This document shows positions 10,895 to 20,538 of a DNA stretch of 64,000 nt, one piece after another. The DNA is from an uncultured Tissierellaceae bacterium (GTDB taxonomy: Bacteria > Bacillota > Clostridia > Tissierellales > Tissierellaceae). How positions within the stretch are numbered: position 1 is the stretch's first letter; each line of letters opens with the position of its first letter. The DNA lies in NCBI GenBank assembly GCA_964428475.1, contig CAYRYO010000001.1:16702-80701 (forward strand), written 5' to 3'. Under the pieces are notes generated by a model. That model searched no databases, was not told where the DNA came from, and saw nothing but the letters and a program-made list of their open reading frames with translations. The position numbers and the translations under genes were made by a program.

Positions 10895-11347
10895 ATGAAG
10901 TGTCCATACTGTTCATTTTTAGATTCAAAAGTAGTAGATTCAAGACCAACTGATGAAGGACAAGCAATTAGAAGAAGAAGAGAATGTACAAAGTGCAATA
11001 AAAGATTTACAACTTATGAAAAAATAGAACAAATCCCTCTCATTGTAGTAAAAAAGAATGGAAATAGAGAAAGTTATGACAGAAATAAGATTTTAAATGG
11101 AATAATAAAGTCTTGTGAAAAAAGACCAGTTTCTGTCAAAGACATAGAAGTGATTGTAGATGAAATAGAAATAGATCTTTCGAATTCCCTTGAAAAAGAG
11201 ATAACTTCTGTATATATAGGTGAAATGGTAATGAATAAATTAAAAGATATAGATGAAGTTGCATATGTTAGATTTGCTTCAGTATATAGACAATTCAAGG
11301 ATTTGAATACTTTTATGAATGAATTAAAAAAACTCTTAGGTGAATAA
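10895..11347 (+). CDS. nrdR: Transcriptional repressor NrdR
   Basis: MKCPYCS...[12 protein letters not shown] zinc ribbon plus ATP-cone domain. Confidence 0.95.
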   Translation: MKCPYCSFLDSKVVDSRPTDEGQAIRRRRECTKCNKRFTTYEKIEQIPLIVVKKNGNRESYDRNKILNGIIKSCEKRPVSVKDIEVIVDEIEIDLSNSLEKEITSVYIGEMVMNKLKDIDEVAYVRFASVYRQFKDLNTFMNELKKLLGE

Positions 11348-11369
11348 AAGAGAAAATTAGGAGAAAATT

Positions 11370-12101
11370 ATGATACTAGAGAAAGACAGTAAAAATAGAT
11401 CGTATCTACAAATTAGTCGATTTAAAATAGATGATGAAGTAGATCATTTATTTTCAACTAGAATTGGCTGGAATCAAAAGAACATAATAGATGATTTAAG
11501 TGATGTATTTAGTATAAATAAAAGTTTAGTATATAGTGCAACCCAAGTTCATGGGATAGAAGTTGAAATAATAACAGATCAAGACGTAGAATTGCTAGCT
11601 AAAAAGCCAAGAGATGGTCTTATTACAAGCAAGAGAGGTATAGTTTTAGCTACATATCATGCAGACTGTGTACCTATTTATTTTTATGATAGAGTAAAAA
11701 AAGTGATAGGTATGGCTCATTCAGGATGGAAGGGGACTTTGAATAACATATCTAAAGTGATGATAGATTCGTTTCAATTGAATTTTGAATCGAATTTAAA
11801 TGATATAATAGTTGCAATAGGACCTTCTATAGGATCATGTTGCTATGAAATTGGACATGACGTAGAGAGTTTGTTTAGAGAAAGATTCCCAGATGAAGAT
11901 AATATAGTACTGTTTAGAAATGAGAAGATGTATTTAGATTTATGGAAGACTAACAAAATAAATCTTTTAAATACAGGAATCAAAGATGAAAACATAATAG
12001 AGAGTTTATTTTGCACATCTTGCAATACTGATATCCTATACTCATATAGAAAAGAAAATACAAAAAATAGGATGATAGGTGCAATTACATTAAGATTATA
12101 A
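11370..12101 (+). CDS. pgeF: Peptidoglycan editing factor PgeF / YfiH laccase-domain protein
   Basis: DUF152 motifs QVHG, TYHADCVPIYFYD, AHSGWKG, CCYEIG. Confidence 0.85.
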   Translation: MILEKDSKNRSYLQISRFKIDDEVDHLFSTRIGWNQKNIIDDLSDVFSINKSLVYSATQVHGIEVEIITDQDVELLAKKPRDGLITSKRGIVLATYHADCVPIYFYDRVKKVIGMAHSGWKGTLNNISKVMIDSFQLNFESNLNDIIVAIGPSIGSCCYEIGHDVESLFRERFPDEDNIVLFRNEKMYLDLWKTNKINLLNTGIKDENIIESLFCTSCNTDILYSYRKENTKNRMIGAITLRL

Positions 12102-12111
12102 GGATGATAAG

Positions 12112-13524
12112 ATGAGAACAAAGAATATAGATAAAATAATAATGCAAAATATTTTGCATTATGGGGATATCGGAGTTCATGTAATAGATAAAGATAAAAA
12201 AACCATAGTTTATAATGAAACTATGGCAAATTTAGAAGGACTTGAACGAACAGAAGTTTTGGAAAAAGAAATGTTGATAAATTTTCCAAGTTTAAATCAA
12301 GATACCTCTACTTTGATAAAAGTATTAAATACTGGAATACCTATTTTAAATAGCACGCAGACCTATCTAAATTTTAAAGGTAAAAAAATAACATCTATAA
12401 ATTCCACTATACCATTATATGAAAATAAAAAAATTATTGGAGCTCTTGAAATTGCTAACAATATAACACATCTCAGAAATTTATCTGACAGATTAATAGA
12501 TCTTCAAGATGAGCTGAAAAAATCAAAAAGTGTGAAAGGGAAATCAAGAGATAAAATAAATAGATATGGATTTAAGGATATAATAGGACAAGATGAGAGG
12601 TTTATATTAGCTAAAAAAATAGGTAAAAAAGCAAGCAATTCATCTTCTTCGGTTCTTATATATGGAGACACAGGTACAGGCAAAGAACTATTTGCTCAGA
12701 GTATACATTATGATGGTGTAAGAAGAAACCATCCATTTATAGCCCAAAACTGTGCAGCCATACCAGAGTCTCTTTTAGAAGGAATGCTATTTGGAACAGA
12801 AAAAGGTGGATTTACAGGTGCTACTCAGAGAGAAGGTATATTTGAACAGGCAAATGGTGGGACACTTATGCTTGATGAAATCAACTCAATGTCATTACCA
12901 CTTCAGGCCAAATTGTTAAGAGTTTTGCAAGAAGGGTATATAAGGCGTATAGGGGGAAAAAAAGATATACCTGTTGATGTTAGAATAATTGCTACTACAA
13001 ACGAACAACCATTACAAAGCCTAAAGAATAGAACAATTAGAAAAGACCTTTTTTATCGATTAAATGTAATATATATTTATATACCTAGTTTAAATGCTAG
13101 GAAAGAGGATATAAATATATTAAGCGAATATTTTGTAGATAAATATAATATTATTCTTGGGAAAAAAATAGAAAAAATGTCTATCCAGGCAGAAACCCTA
13201 TTTTTACAACATGACTGGCCAGGCAATGTTAGAGAACTTTCAAATGTAATTGAGGGTGCCATGAATATGGTAGAAGATGATAAGAGGGTACTGGATACTG
13301 AAGACTTTATATCTTCTACATACTTAATGGAGGATAAACCTTTTAAAAGTAGATATACAAATAGAAAATTAAATAAAAGTTTACCGGAAACTCTTTATGA
13401 CATAGAAAAAGAAATGATAATTAAATCGCTAGACAAAAATAAAAAAAACATATCTAAAGCATCAGAAGAACTAGGGATTAAAAGGCAAACATTACAACAC
13501 AAACTAAAGAAATATAATATCTAG
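12112..13524 (+). CDS. Sigma-54-dependent transcriptional activator (PAS sensor - AAA+ - Fis HTH)
   Basis: Walker A GDTGTGKE, GGFTGA sigma-54 contact loop, Walker B LMLDEI, WPGNVREL, and a C-terminal Fis-type HTH (ISKASEELGIKRQTLQHKLKKY). N-terminal PAS-like domain, no receiver domain. Confidence 0.9.
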   Translation: MRTKNIDKIIMQNILHYGDIGVHVIDKDKKTIVYNETMANLEGLERTEVLEKEMLINFPSLNQDTSTLIKVLNTGIPILNSTQTYLNFKGKKITSINSTIPLYENKKIIGALEIANNITHLRNLSDRLIDLQDELKKSKSVKGKSRDKINRYGFKDIIGQDERFILAKKIGKKASNSSSSVLIYGDTGTGKELFAQSIHYDGVRRNHPFIAQNCAAIPESLLEGMLFGTEKGGFTGATQREGIFEQANGGTLMLDEINSMSLPLQAKLLRVLQEGYIRRIGGKKDIPVDVRIIATTNEQPLQSLKNRTIRKDLFYRLNVIYIYIPSLNARKEDINILSEYFVDKYNIILGKKIEKMSIQAETLFLQHDWPGNVRELSNVIEGAMNMVEDDKRVLDTEDFISSTYLMEDKPFKSRYTNRKLNKSLPETLYDIEKEMIIKSLDKNKKNISKASEELGIKRQTLQHKLKKYNI

Positions 13525-13621
13525 TGCAATATTGTTTGCGGTAAGTGCAAATAATATTGCATTGCCTATTTTAAATCATATGAAATCTATTTGAATAAAT
13601 GTATAAAAACATGAATATTGC
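13523..13621 (+). promoter_or_regulatory. Candidate upstream activator sites (repeated TGCAATATT / AATATTGCA half-sites)
   Basis: TGCAATATT at 13525-13533 and its exact complement AATATTGCA at 13553-13561 (inverted repeat). AGTGCAA direct repeat at 13523 and 13544. A further AATATTGC at 13614-13621. All lie 65-175 nt upstream of the -24/-12 promoter. Confidence 0.45.
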
Positions 13622-13684
13622 TTAACATATCATAAAATCATCTAAAAAATGGTATTTTAAAATTTTTATAGGGGTTTGAAACCT

Positions 13685-13700
13685 TGGCAAGGATATTGCA
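13685..13700 (+). promoter_or_regulatory. Sigma-54 (-24/-12) promoter of the ornithine degradation operon
   Basis: TGGCAA-GGATA-TTGCA matches TGGCAC-N5-TTGCA with exact spacing. Lies 45 nt upstream of the ord ATG and directly downstream of the enhancer-binding protein gene. Confidence 0.7.
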
Positions 13701-13744
13701 TATATAATATGCATAAGGTATAAAAAATTTATGGAGGTGCTCAG

Positions 13745-14794
13745 ATGAGAAAAGAGAATGTAAAGGTAATAGTATGGGGCTTAGGGTCAATGGGAAAAGG
13801 TATAGCTGAAATGCTACTTGATAAGAAAGGAGTAGACGTAGTAGGAGCTGTTGTTAGAGGAGACAAAATAGGCAAGAGTATGTACGATTTCTTGGATATA
13901 GAAAGAGGAGATAGAAAAGATCTTCTTACAGGCTCTTTTGAAGATGTAATCAAAGAAGGAGTTGCAGATATAGTTGTGCTTGCAACTGATTCATTTACTA
14001 AAGATAATTTTGATAAAATAAAGTATTGTCTTGAAAGAAAAATAAATGTTGTGTCAACTGCAGAAGAGATGGCATATCCAAAAGCTCAAGAACCAGAGCT
14101 AACAAAAGAATTAGATAAGATAGCTAAAGAAAATGGAGTTACAGTTCTTGGAACTGGTATAAATCCAGGACTAATAATGGATTTATTAGTATTAACACTC
14201 ACAGGTGCATGTGTTGATGTAGAGAGTATCAAAGCAGAGAGAATAAACAATCTTTCGCCATTTGGTCCATCTGTAATGAAGGGACAAGGTGTTGGTATTA
14301 CTGTAGATGAGTTTAATACAAGAGTAGCAGAAGATAATTTAGACGGTCATGTAGGTTTTCCAGAATCTATTACAATGATTGCAGATGGGCTAGGATGGAA
14401 ATTATCAGACGATATAAAACTTACTAGAGCTCCAATCATATCATCAGTATACAGAAAAGCTCCTAATGCAGAAGTTAAAGAAGGAGATGTAGCAGGCTGT
14501 AATATGAAAGGTTACGGATATGTTGATGGTGAAATGAAGATAGAGATGCTTCACCCACAACAAGTAGAACCACAGCTTGAAGGTGGGACTACTGGAGACT
14601 ATATAACTATAAAAGGTACACCAAATGTAAATATGTCTATTACACCAGAAGTACCTGGAGGAATTGGAACAATTGCAATGACAGTAAATATGATTCCAAA
14701 TATAATAAACTCTAGACCAGGATTAAAGACTATGATAGACCTACCTATACCAAGAGCTATCATGGGTGATATGAGAGAACTTATAGAAGAGTAA
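13745..14794 (+). CDS. ord: 2,4-diaminopentanoate dehydrogenase (Ord)
   Basis: DapB-like N-terminal Rossmann motif (VIVWGLGSMGKG), about 349 aa. First gene of an ord-ortAB-oraSE-orr arrangement. Confidence 0.8.
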   Translation: MRKENVKVIVWGLGSMGKGIAEMLLDKKGVDVVGAVVRGDKIGKSMYDFLDIERGDRKDLLTGSFEDVIKEGVADIVVLATDSFTKDNFDKIKYCLERKINVVSTAEEMAYPKAQEPELTKELDKIAKENGVTVLGTGINPGLIMDLLVLTLTGACVDVESIKAERINNLSPFGPSVMKGQGVGITVDEFNTRVAEDNLDGHVGFPESITMIADGLGWKLSDDIKLTRAPIISSVYRKAPNAEVKEGDVAGCNMKGYGYVDGEMKIEMLHPQQVEPQLEGGTTGDYITIKGTPNVNMSITPEVPGGIGTIAMTVNMIPNIINSRPGLKTMIDLPIPRAIMGDMRELIEE

Positions 14795-14808
14795 AAACAG
14801 TTATAAAG

Positions 14809-14838
14809 GTGAAGAGTTAATTCTCTTCACTTGTATTT
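14809..14838 (+). terminator. Intra-operon hairpin after ord (attenuator or processing site?)
   Basis: GTGAAGAG (14809-14816) pairs with CTCTTCAC (14823-14830), followed by TTGTATTT. Confidence 0.35.
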
Positions 14839-14857
14839 ATGAAAGGATGGGATATTA

Positions 14858-15163
14858 ATGGACGCAAAACGCGGAGAATGGGTTAGAATATACAATGTAG
14901 TACTTGAAGTAGGAGAAAGAGCTTCTAATATACCAGAAGATACACAAAATGTACCCTTAGAAATGTGGGATAAGGGATTTTTACTAGATGAAGAAGCGAA
15001 TATTGGTGACAATGTAAAAGTTGAAACTTATATTGGAAGAACAGTAGAGGGAAAATTACTTGAAGTAAATCCTTACTGGGAGCACGATTTTGGTAAAAGC
15101 GTGCCAGAGCTATTATATATAGGACGTCAAGCAAGAGAAATCCTAGGAAAGGAGAATAGATAA
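14858..15163 (+). CDS. ortA: 2-amino-4-ketopentanoate thiolase alpha subunit (OrtA)
   Basis: 101-aa protein directly upstream of and abutting the PLP-dependent beta subunit. Size and context match ortA. Confidence 0.75.
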   Translation: MDAKRGEWVRIYNVVLEVGERASNIPEDTQNVPLEMWDKGFLLDEEANIGDNVKVETYIGRTVEGKLLEVNPYWEHDFGKSVPELLYIGRQAREILGKENR

Positions 15164-16578
15164 TGACTAAAGATATGAGTTATGATGCTGTAATGGCAAG
15201 AAGACCCGAGATAATGAAGAAGGCGGTAGGAATAGATTACCAAGAATTTGAGAGTGGAAATATAAAGTTTGATTATGAAAGAATGATGAAGGAAACGGGA
15301 TACACTCTTCAAGAGATAATAGAAATACAAACGGCTACAGGTGTAGGTAATACTCCACTACTTGAACTTAAAAATCTAACAAAACTTGCAAGAAGTTTTG
15401 CACCGGAGGGAAAAGGTGCTAGGATATTCTTAAAAGACGAAGCAAGCAATCCTTCTGGATCTTTTAAGGCAAGGCGTGCAGCTACTGCATGTTATCATGC
15501 AAAACGTTTGGGATACAAAGGTGTAATAGCAGCTACATCAGGAAACTACGGTGCAGCAGTTGCATCTCAAGCAGCAATGTTAGGACTTAAATGTATAATA
15601 GTTCAGGAATGCTACGACTCGGAAGGAAAAGGTCAACCTGAAATAATTGAAAAAGCAAGAAAATGTGAAGCATACGGAGCAGAAGTTGTACAGCTTACAG
15701 TTGGACCAGAACTTTTCTATACATTCCTTGTAATGCTTGAAGAAACAGGATTCTTCAATGCATCACTTTATACACCTTTTGGAATAGCAGGAGTTGAAAC
15801 ACTAGGCTATGAAATTTCTATGGAGTTTAGAGAAAGAGAAGGAAGAGATCCAGATGCAGTAGTAGTTACTAATGCAGGTGGAGGAAACTTAACAGGTACA
15901 GCTCGTGGACTTATAAAAGCAGGAGCAAAAACCAAGGTGATAGCAGCAAGTGTTAGTCTTTCTGGACTTCACATGGCATCTGACAAGCAATTTAACAAAA
16001 AATCATTTACAACAGGTCATACAGGATTTGGTATACCATTTACTACATGGCCAGATAGATCAGATGTACCTAGATCAGCAGCTAGACCACTTAGATATAT
16101 GGACAGATATGTAACAACAAATCAAGGTTCAGTATTTTATATGACAGAACTTTTAGCACAAATAGAAGGATTAGAAAGAGGGCCAGCAGGAAACACATCT
16201 CTTGCAGCAGCTTTTAAGATAGCTCAAGAAATGGATGAAGATCAATTATTAGTAGTTCAAGAAACAGAATATACAGGAGCAGGAAAACATATAAATCCTC
16301 AACTTACATTTGCAAAAGAAAATGGAATAAAAGTATTAGTTGGAGATCCTACAGAAGAAGTGCCAGGAGAAACAATTATACTTCCAAAAGATCCATCATA
16401 TATTCAAATAGTTGATATAGATTTAGAAAAAACTAGAAAATCACTTGTTAAAAATGCATTAAATCATGTAAAGGTAGATAAAGTAGACAAAGAAAGTATG
16501 GATTTCCTTGTAGAAGAAACAAAGTCTAATGTTGAATTTGTAAAGAAAACATTAGATGAGCTTGGAGCAAAATATTAG
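15163..16578 (+). CDS. ortB: 2-amino-4-ketopentanoate thiolase beta subunit (OrtB), PLP-dependent
   Basis: Fold-type II PLP enzyme motifs (SNPSGSFKARRA with the Lys, TSGNYGAA, NAGGGNL). 471 aa. Operon context. Confidence 0.85.
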   Translation: MTKDMSYDAVMARRPEIMKKAVGIDYQEFESGNIKFDYERMMKETGYTLQEIIEIQTATGVGNTPLLELKNLTKLARSFAPEGKGARIFLKDEASNPSGSFKARRAATACYHAKRLGYKGVIAATSGNYGAAVASQAAMLGLKCIIVQECYDSEGKGQPEIIEKARKCEAYGAEVVQLTVGPELFYTFLVMLEETGFFNASLYTPFGIAGVETLGYEISMEFREREGRDPDAVVVTNAGGGNLTGTARGLIKAGAKTKVIAASVSLSGLHMASDKQFNKKSFTTGHTGFGIPFTTWPDRSDVPRSAARPLRYMDRYVTTNQGSVFYMTELLAQIEGLERGPAGNTSLAAAFKIAQEMDEDQLLVVQETEYTGAGKHINPQLTFAKENGIKVLVGDPTEEVPGETIILPKDPSYIQIVDIDLEKTRKSLVKNALNHVKVDKVDKESMDFLVEETKSNVEFVKKTLDELGAKY

Positions 16579-16594
16579 TAAGGAGGATTGTAAA

Positions 16595-16966
16595 ATGGCG
16601 AGAGAAAGAGAAGATGACTTTAAAGAGCGAAGAAAGCATCTAGCTGATTTAAGTGAAGATGAACTTGAAGCTAGATTTTGGAAATTAGCTTCAGATCTTG
16701 TTGATCCGATTATTGATTTAGCAACTAAGAATACTTCACCATCAATTGAGAGATCTGTATTACTAAGAATGGGTTTTTCAAGTGTTGAAGCAAAAACAAT
16801 AGTAGATGGCGCAATAGATAGAGGCATTATAGGTAAAGGTGCAGGACATATTTTATATAGACTCTCTAAAGAAAAGAATCTGGAAATAAGAGAAGTAGGC
16901 TTAAAATTAATTGAAGGTGAAATGTGGGAAGATGCTGTTTCTACATTTAAAGGAGGTGCCAACTAA
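16595..16966 (+). CDS. oraS: D-ornithine 4,5-aminomutase small subunit (OraS)
   Basis: About 123 aa, starting MAREREDDFKERRKHL after an AAGGAGG RBS. Immediately precedes the large subunit. Confidence 0.85.
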   Translation: MAREREDDFKERRKHLADLSEDELEARFWKLASDLVDPIIDLATKNTSPSIERSVLLRMGFSSVEAKTIVDGAIDRGIIGKGAGHILYRLSKEKNLEIREVGLKLIEGEMWEDAVSTFKGGAN

Positions 16967-19182
16967 TGGAATTAAAAAGAAATGAAAAACTAGATATAGA
17001 TTTTATATTAAAAGATATAGATAAATATAGACCTAGAAGAAGAGGATGGCACTGGAGAGATGGAACAGAAGAGGCAAGACAAATTGGAAAATTTGAATAT
17101 TACGATATGTCTGAACCGCTAAAGCAAAGTCAACCACTACCAGCAGCTAAATATTTTGGTGATATAGATCCACAAGGTAAATCTGTAATTACTACAGAGA
17201 TAGCTTCAGGTAGATTTGAAGATGATATAAGAAGAATGAGAATGGCAGCATGGCATGGAGCAGATCACTTAATGGTAATTAGAACTGCAGGACAGTCTCA
17301 TTTCGAAAGTCTTATAGAGGGTACTCCACAAGGTGTAGGTGGAATACCTATTACAAGAAAACAAGTAAGGGCTCAAAGAAAAGCACTTGATTTTATAGAA
17401 GATGAAGTAGGAAGACCTATTAACTATCATTCATATATATCTGGTGTAGCAGGTCCTGAAATCGCAGTAATGTTTGCAGAAGAAGGAGTAAATGGAGCTC
17501 ACCAAGATCCACAGTATAATGTGCTTTATAGGAATATAAATATGATTCGTTCATTTGTAGATGCTGCTGAAGCAAAGCATATAATTGGATGGGCAGACAT
17601 TGCTCAGATAGATGGAGCTCACAATGCAAATGCAACTGCTAGAGAAGCTTGGAAAGTAATGCCTGAGCTTATGGTTCAGCACGGAATTAACTCTATGTTT
17701 TCAGTTAAAGCTGGAATAAAGAAAGAAAATATATGTCTTTCTACAGTACCACCAACAGCACCACCAGCTCCATGTATGAGACTGGATTTACCTTACGCTG
17801 TGGCACTTAGAGAACTCTTTAAGGGATATAAAATGAGAGCTCAAATGAATACAAAGTATATGGAAGCATCTCCAAGAGAGGCTACTGTAACTCATGTACT
17901 CAACTTGTTAATTTCTCAACTTACAAGTGCAGATATTCAATCAACTATAACTCCTGATGAAGGAAGAAATGTTCCATGGCATATATATAATATTGAAGCT
18001 GTGGATACTGCAAAACAAGCTTTTGCAGGGATGGATGGCCTTAGTAATATGCTAGAAATCAAGAGAGATAGTGGTGAACTTGCAGATAAGGTTAGAGAAT
18101 TAAAGGAAAGGGCCATATTGTTTATGGAAGAGATGCTAGAAATAGGCGGATACTTCAATGCAGTAGAAGCTGGATTCTTTGTAGACTCTGGATACTATCC
18201 TGGTAGAAATGGAGATGGCATCATAAGAAAGAGTGAAGCTGGAGTAGGAGAAGGAACGGTATATGAAAGAGATAAAGACTATATGGCTCCTGTGACTGCA
18301 CATTTTGGGTACAATAATGTAGCTCAGTACGGTGAAGAATTTGTAGACAATCCTGTTAAACTTATAGGTGCAGGAACTTTTGAAGATCCTTCTAAGATAA
18401 TTTTCATAGATGAATTAGATGAAACTGATAATGTAAATGTAAGACTTAAAGAAGTAGAAGAACTTAGAAAATCTTCCAAGATAAAGCCAGAGGTTCAGTG
18501 GCTAGGAGATGGTATAATTTTAATTACCTTATTCCTACCTATAGATGAAAGAACAGCTGAATTTGCTGCAATTGAAATTGGAAAGAAAATGGGTCTTAAA
18601 GATGTAGAGGTAATAAACAAAGAAATAATGCAAGAAGCAGAGGGAACTCGTATAGAATTAAAAGGTACAGTAGACTTCGAGATTGATGTGGATAAGTTAG
18701 TTATACCACCTAAACCAAAAGTACTCACAGAAGATGAAATAAGAGCAGATATTAAAGAAAAACCTATGAAAGTAGTAGCAGCTACAGTAGGTGAAGATGA
18801 ACACTCTGTAGGTATTAGAGAAATAATAGATATAAAACACGGTGGAATAGAAAGATATGGAATAGAATGCCATATATTAGGTACATCTATATCTGTAGAA
18901 AAGCTCTTAGATGCTGCAATAGAATTAAATGCAGATGCTATTCTTACTTCAACTATCATCTCTCATGATGATATTCACTACAAAAATATGAAAAAACTAA
19001 ATGAATTAGCAATAGAAAAAGGTGTTAGAGATAAGATTATGATACTTGGAGGAGGAACACAAGTATCAAATGAATTAGCTGTTAAATCTGGTATGGACGC
19101 AGGATTTGGCAGGGGAACTAAAGGAGAGCATGTAGCAACTTTCTTAGTTGAAAAGAGAAGAGAGATGCAAAATGAAGATTGA
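16966..19182 (+). CDS. oraE: D-ornithine 4,5-aminomutase large subunit (OraE), B12- and PLP-dependent
   Basis: 738 aa. TIM-barrel N-terminal part and a C-terminal cobalamin-binding Rossmann domain with DEHSVG (DxHxxG) and GGG motifs. Confidence 0.9.
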   Translation: MELKRNEKLDIDFILKDIDKYRPRRRGWHWRDGTEEARQIGKFEYYDMSEPLKQSQPLPAAKYFGDIDPQGKSVITTEIASGRFEDDIRRMRMAAWHGADHLMVIRTAGQSHFESLIEGTPQGVGGIPITRKQVRAQRKALDFIEDEVGRPINYHSYISGVAGPEIAVMFAEEGVNGAHQDPQYNVLYRNINMIRSFVDAAEAKHIIGWADIAQIDGAHNANATAREAWKVMPELMVQHGINSMFSVKAGIKKENICLSTVPPTAPPAPCMRLDLPYAVALRELFKGYKMRAQMNTKYMEASPREATVTHVLNLLISQLTSADIQSTITPDEGRNVPWHIYNIEAVDTAKQAFAGMDGLSNMLEIKRDSGELADKVRELKERAILFMEEMLEIGGYFNAVEAGFFVDSGYYPGRNGDGIIRKSEAGVGEGTVYERDKDYMAPVTAHFGYNNVAQYGEEFVDNPVKLIGAGTFEDPSKIIFIDELDETDNVNVRLKEVEELRKSSKIKPEVQWLGDGIILITLFLPIDERTAEFAAIEIGKKMGLKDVEVINKEIMQEAEGTRIELKGTVDFEIDVDKLVIPPKPKVLTEDEIRADIKEKPMKVVAATVGEDEHSVGIREIIDIKHGGIERYGIECHILGTSISVEKLLDAAIELNADAILTSTIISHDDIHYKNMKKLNELAIEKGVRDKIMILGGGTQVSNELAVKSGMDAGFGRGTKGEHVATFLVEKRREMQNED

Positions 19183-20536
19183 TCTTTTAGTAGCAGAAAT
19201 AGGGAGCACAACCACAGTAGTAAATGCTTTTAACAGTTTAGACACTTGCCCAATATTTATTGGGCAAGGTCAAGCTGCTACATCTGTCTTAGAGGGGGAT
19301 GTAAATATCGGACTTAAGGGAGCTATAGAGGATTTAAAAACTAATCTTTCTTTTAGCTCTATTTCATATAATGAGCTTATAGCTACTAGTTCTGCTGCAG
19401 GTGGACTTAGAATGACAGTTCATGGGTTGGTATATGATATGACAGTAAAAGCTGCAAAAGAAGCAGCTCTTGGTGCAGGAGCCAATATAAAAAATATCAC
19501 AGCAGGGAAACTTAGGAAATCTGATTTAAAGAAAATAAAAGAGATAAATCCAAACATAATTCTTATAGCAGGCGGTGTTGATTATGGAGAAAGAGATACA
19601 GCACTCCACAATGCAGAACTTATAGCTGAAATGAATTTAAACATACCGATAATATATGCAGGTAATATTGAAAACCATGAAGAAGTAAAGGAAGTATTTG
19701 AGGGAAGGGATGTAGAACTTTATATAGTAGATAATGTATATCCAAAGATAGATGAATTAAATGTTGAACCTACTAGAAGAGTTATTCAAGATGTATTTGA
19801 AAAGCATATTATTCATGCACCTGGAATGGAAAAACTGCGTGAAATGGTTACAGGACCAATTATGCCTACTCCTGGAGCTGTAATGGAAGCTTCAAAGCTT
19901 TTATATGAAGACATTGGTAATCTTGTAACTATTGACGTTGGAGGTGCTACTACTGATGTCCATTCTGTGACGGAAGATAGTGATGAAATAGGTAGAATTT
20001 TATTAAACCCTGAACCAAAAGCTAAAAGAACAGTTGAAGGTGATCTTGGAGTTTATGTAAATATGCAAAACATTGTAGATTCACTAAGCATAGAAATGAT
20101 AGCTAAAGAACTAAGTATCAGTGAAGAAGAAGTGGAAGGGCTTATTAAAAACCACAAGCCAATTCCTAAAGATGACTTGGAAAAAGGATTTGTAGAATCT
20201 TTAACGCTATATGCTACCATCACTGCTATTAGAAGACATGGTGGACAGTTAAAGCATCTATATGGCCCTAGTGGAAAGAAAACTGTGGCAGAAGGTAAAG
20301 ACCTTACAGGAGTAAAATATATACTAGGTACAGGTGGAGCCCTTACTCGACTTCCAAATAGAATAAAAATAATAAAAGAGATAGCTCTTTCAAATAGAGG
20401 AAGTGACTTACTTCCAAATACTGAAGCAGAAGTATTAATAGATAGTGACTATATAATGGCATCTCTGGGAGTAATGTCTAAGAAATACCCAGAAATAGCA
20501 CTAAGACTTTTAAAAAATAGTATCAAGGGGGAATAA
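19172..20536 (+). CDS. MutL/GlmL-family protein (putative aminomutase reactivase/chaperone)
   Basis: N-terminal actin/HSP70-like phosphate loop LLVAEIGSTTT and a second DVGGATTDV motif. Overlaps the oraE stop by 11 nt. Same family as glutamate mutase accessory protein GlmL. Confidence 0.7.
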   Translation: MKIDLLVAEIGSTTTVVNAFNSLDTCPIFIGQGQAATSVLEGDVNIGLKGAIEDLKTNLSFSSISYNELIATSSAAGGLRMTVHGLVYDMTVKAAKEAALGAGANIKNITAGKLRKSDLKKIKEINPNIILIAGGVDYGERDTALHNAELIAEMNLNIPIIYAGNIENHEEVKEVFEGRDVELYIVDNVYPKIDELNVEPTRRVIQDVFEKHIIHAPGMEKLREMVTGPIMPTPGAVMEASKLLYEDIGNLVTIDVGGATTDVHSVTEDSDEIGRILLNPEPKAKRTVEGDLGVYVNMQNIVDSLSIEMIAKELSISEEEVEGLIKNHKPIPKDDLEKGFVESLTLYATITAIRRHGGQLKHLYGPSGKKTVAEGKDLTGVKYILGTGGALTRLPNRIKIIKEIALSNRGSDLLPNTEAEVLIDSDYIMASLGVMSKKYPEIALRLLKNSIKGE

Positions 20537-20538
20537 AT

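Noticed and set aside
16556-16594. Longer oraS start overlapping the ortB 3' end
   Set aside because: An AAGGAGG RBS lies directly upstream of the ATG at 16595, and the resulting ~123-aa protein fits the expected OraS size.
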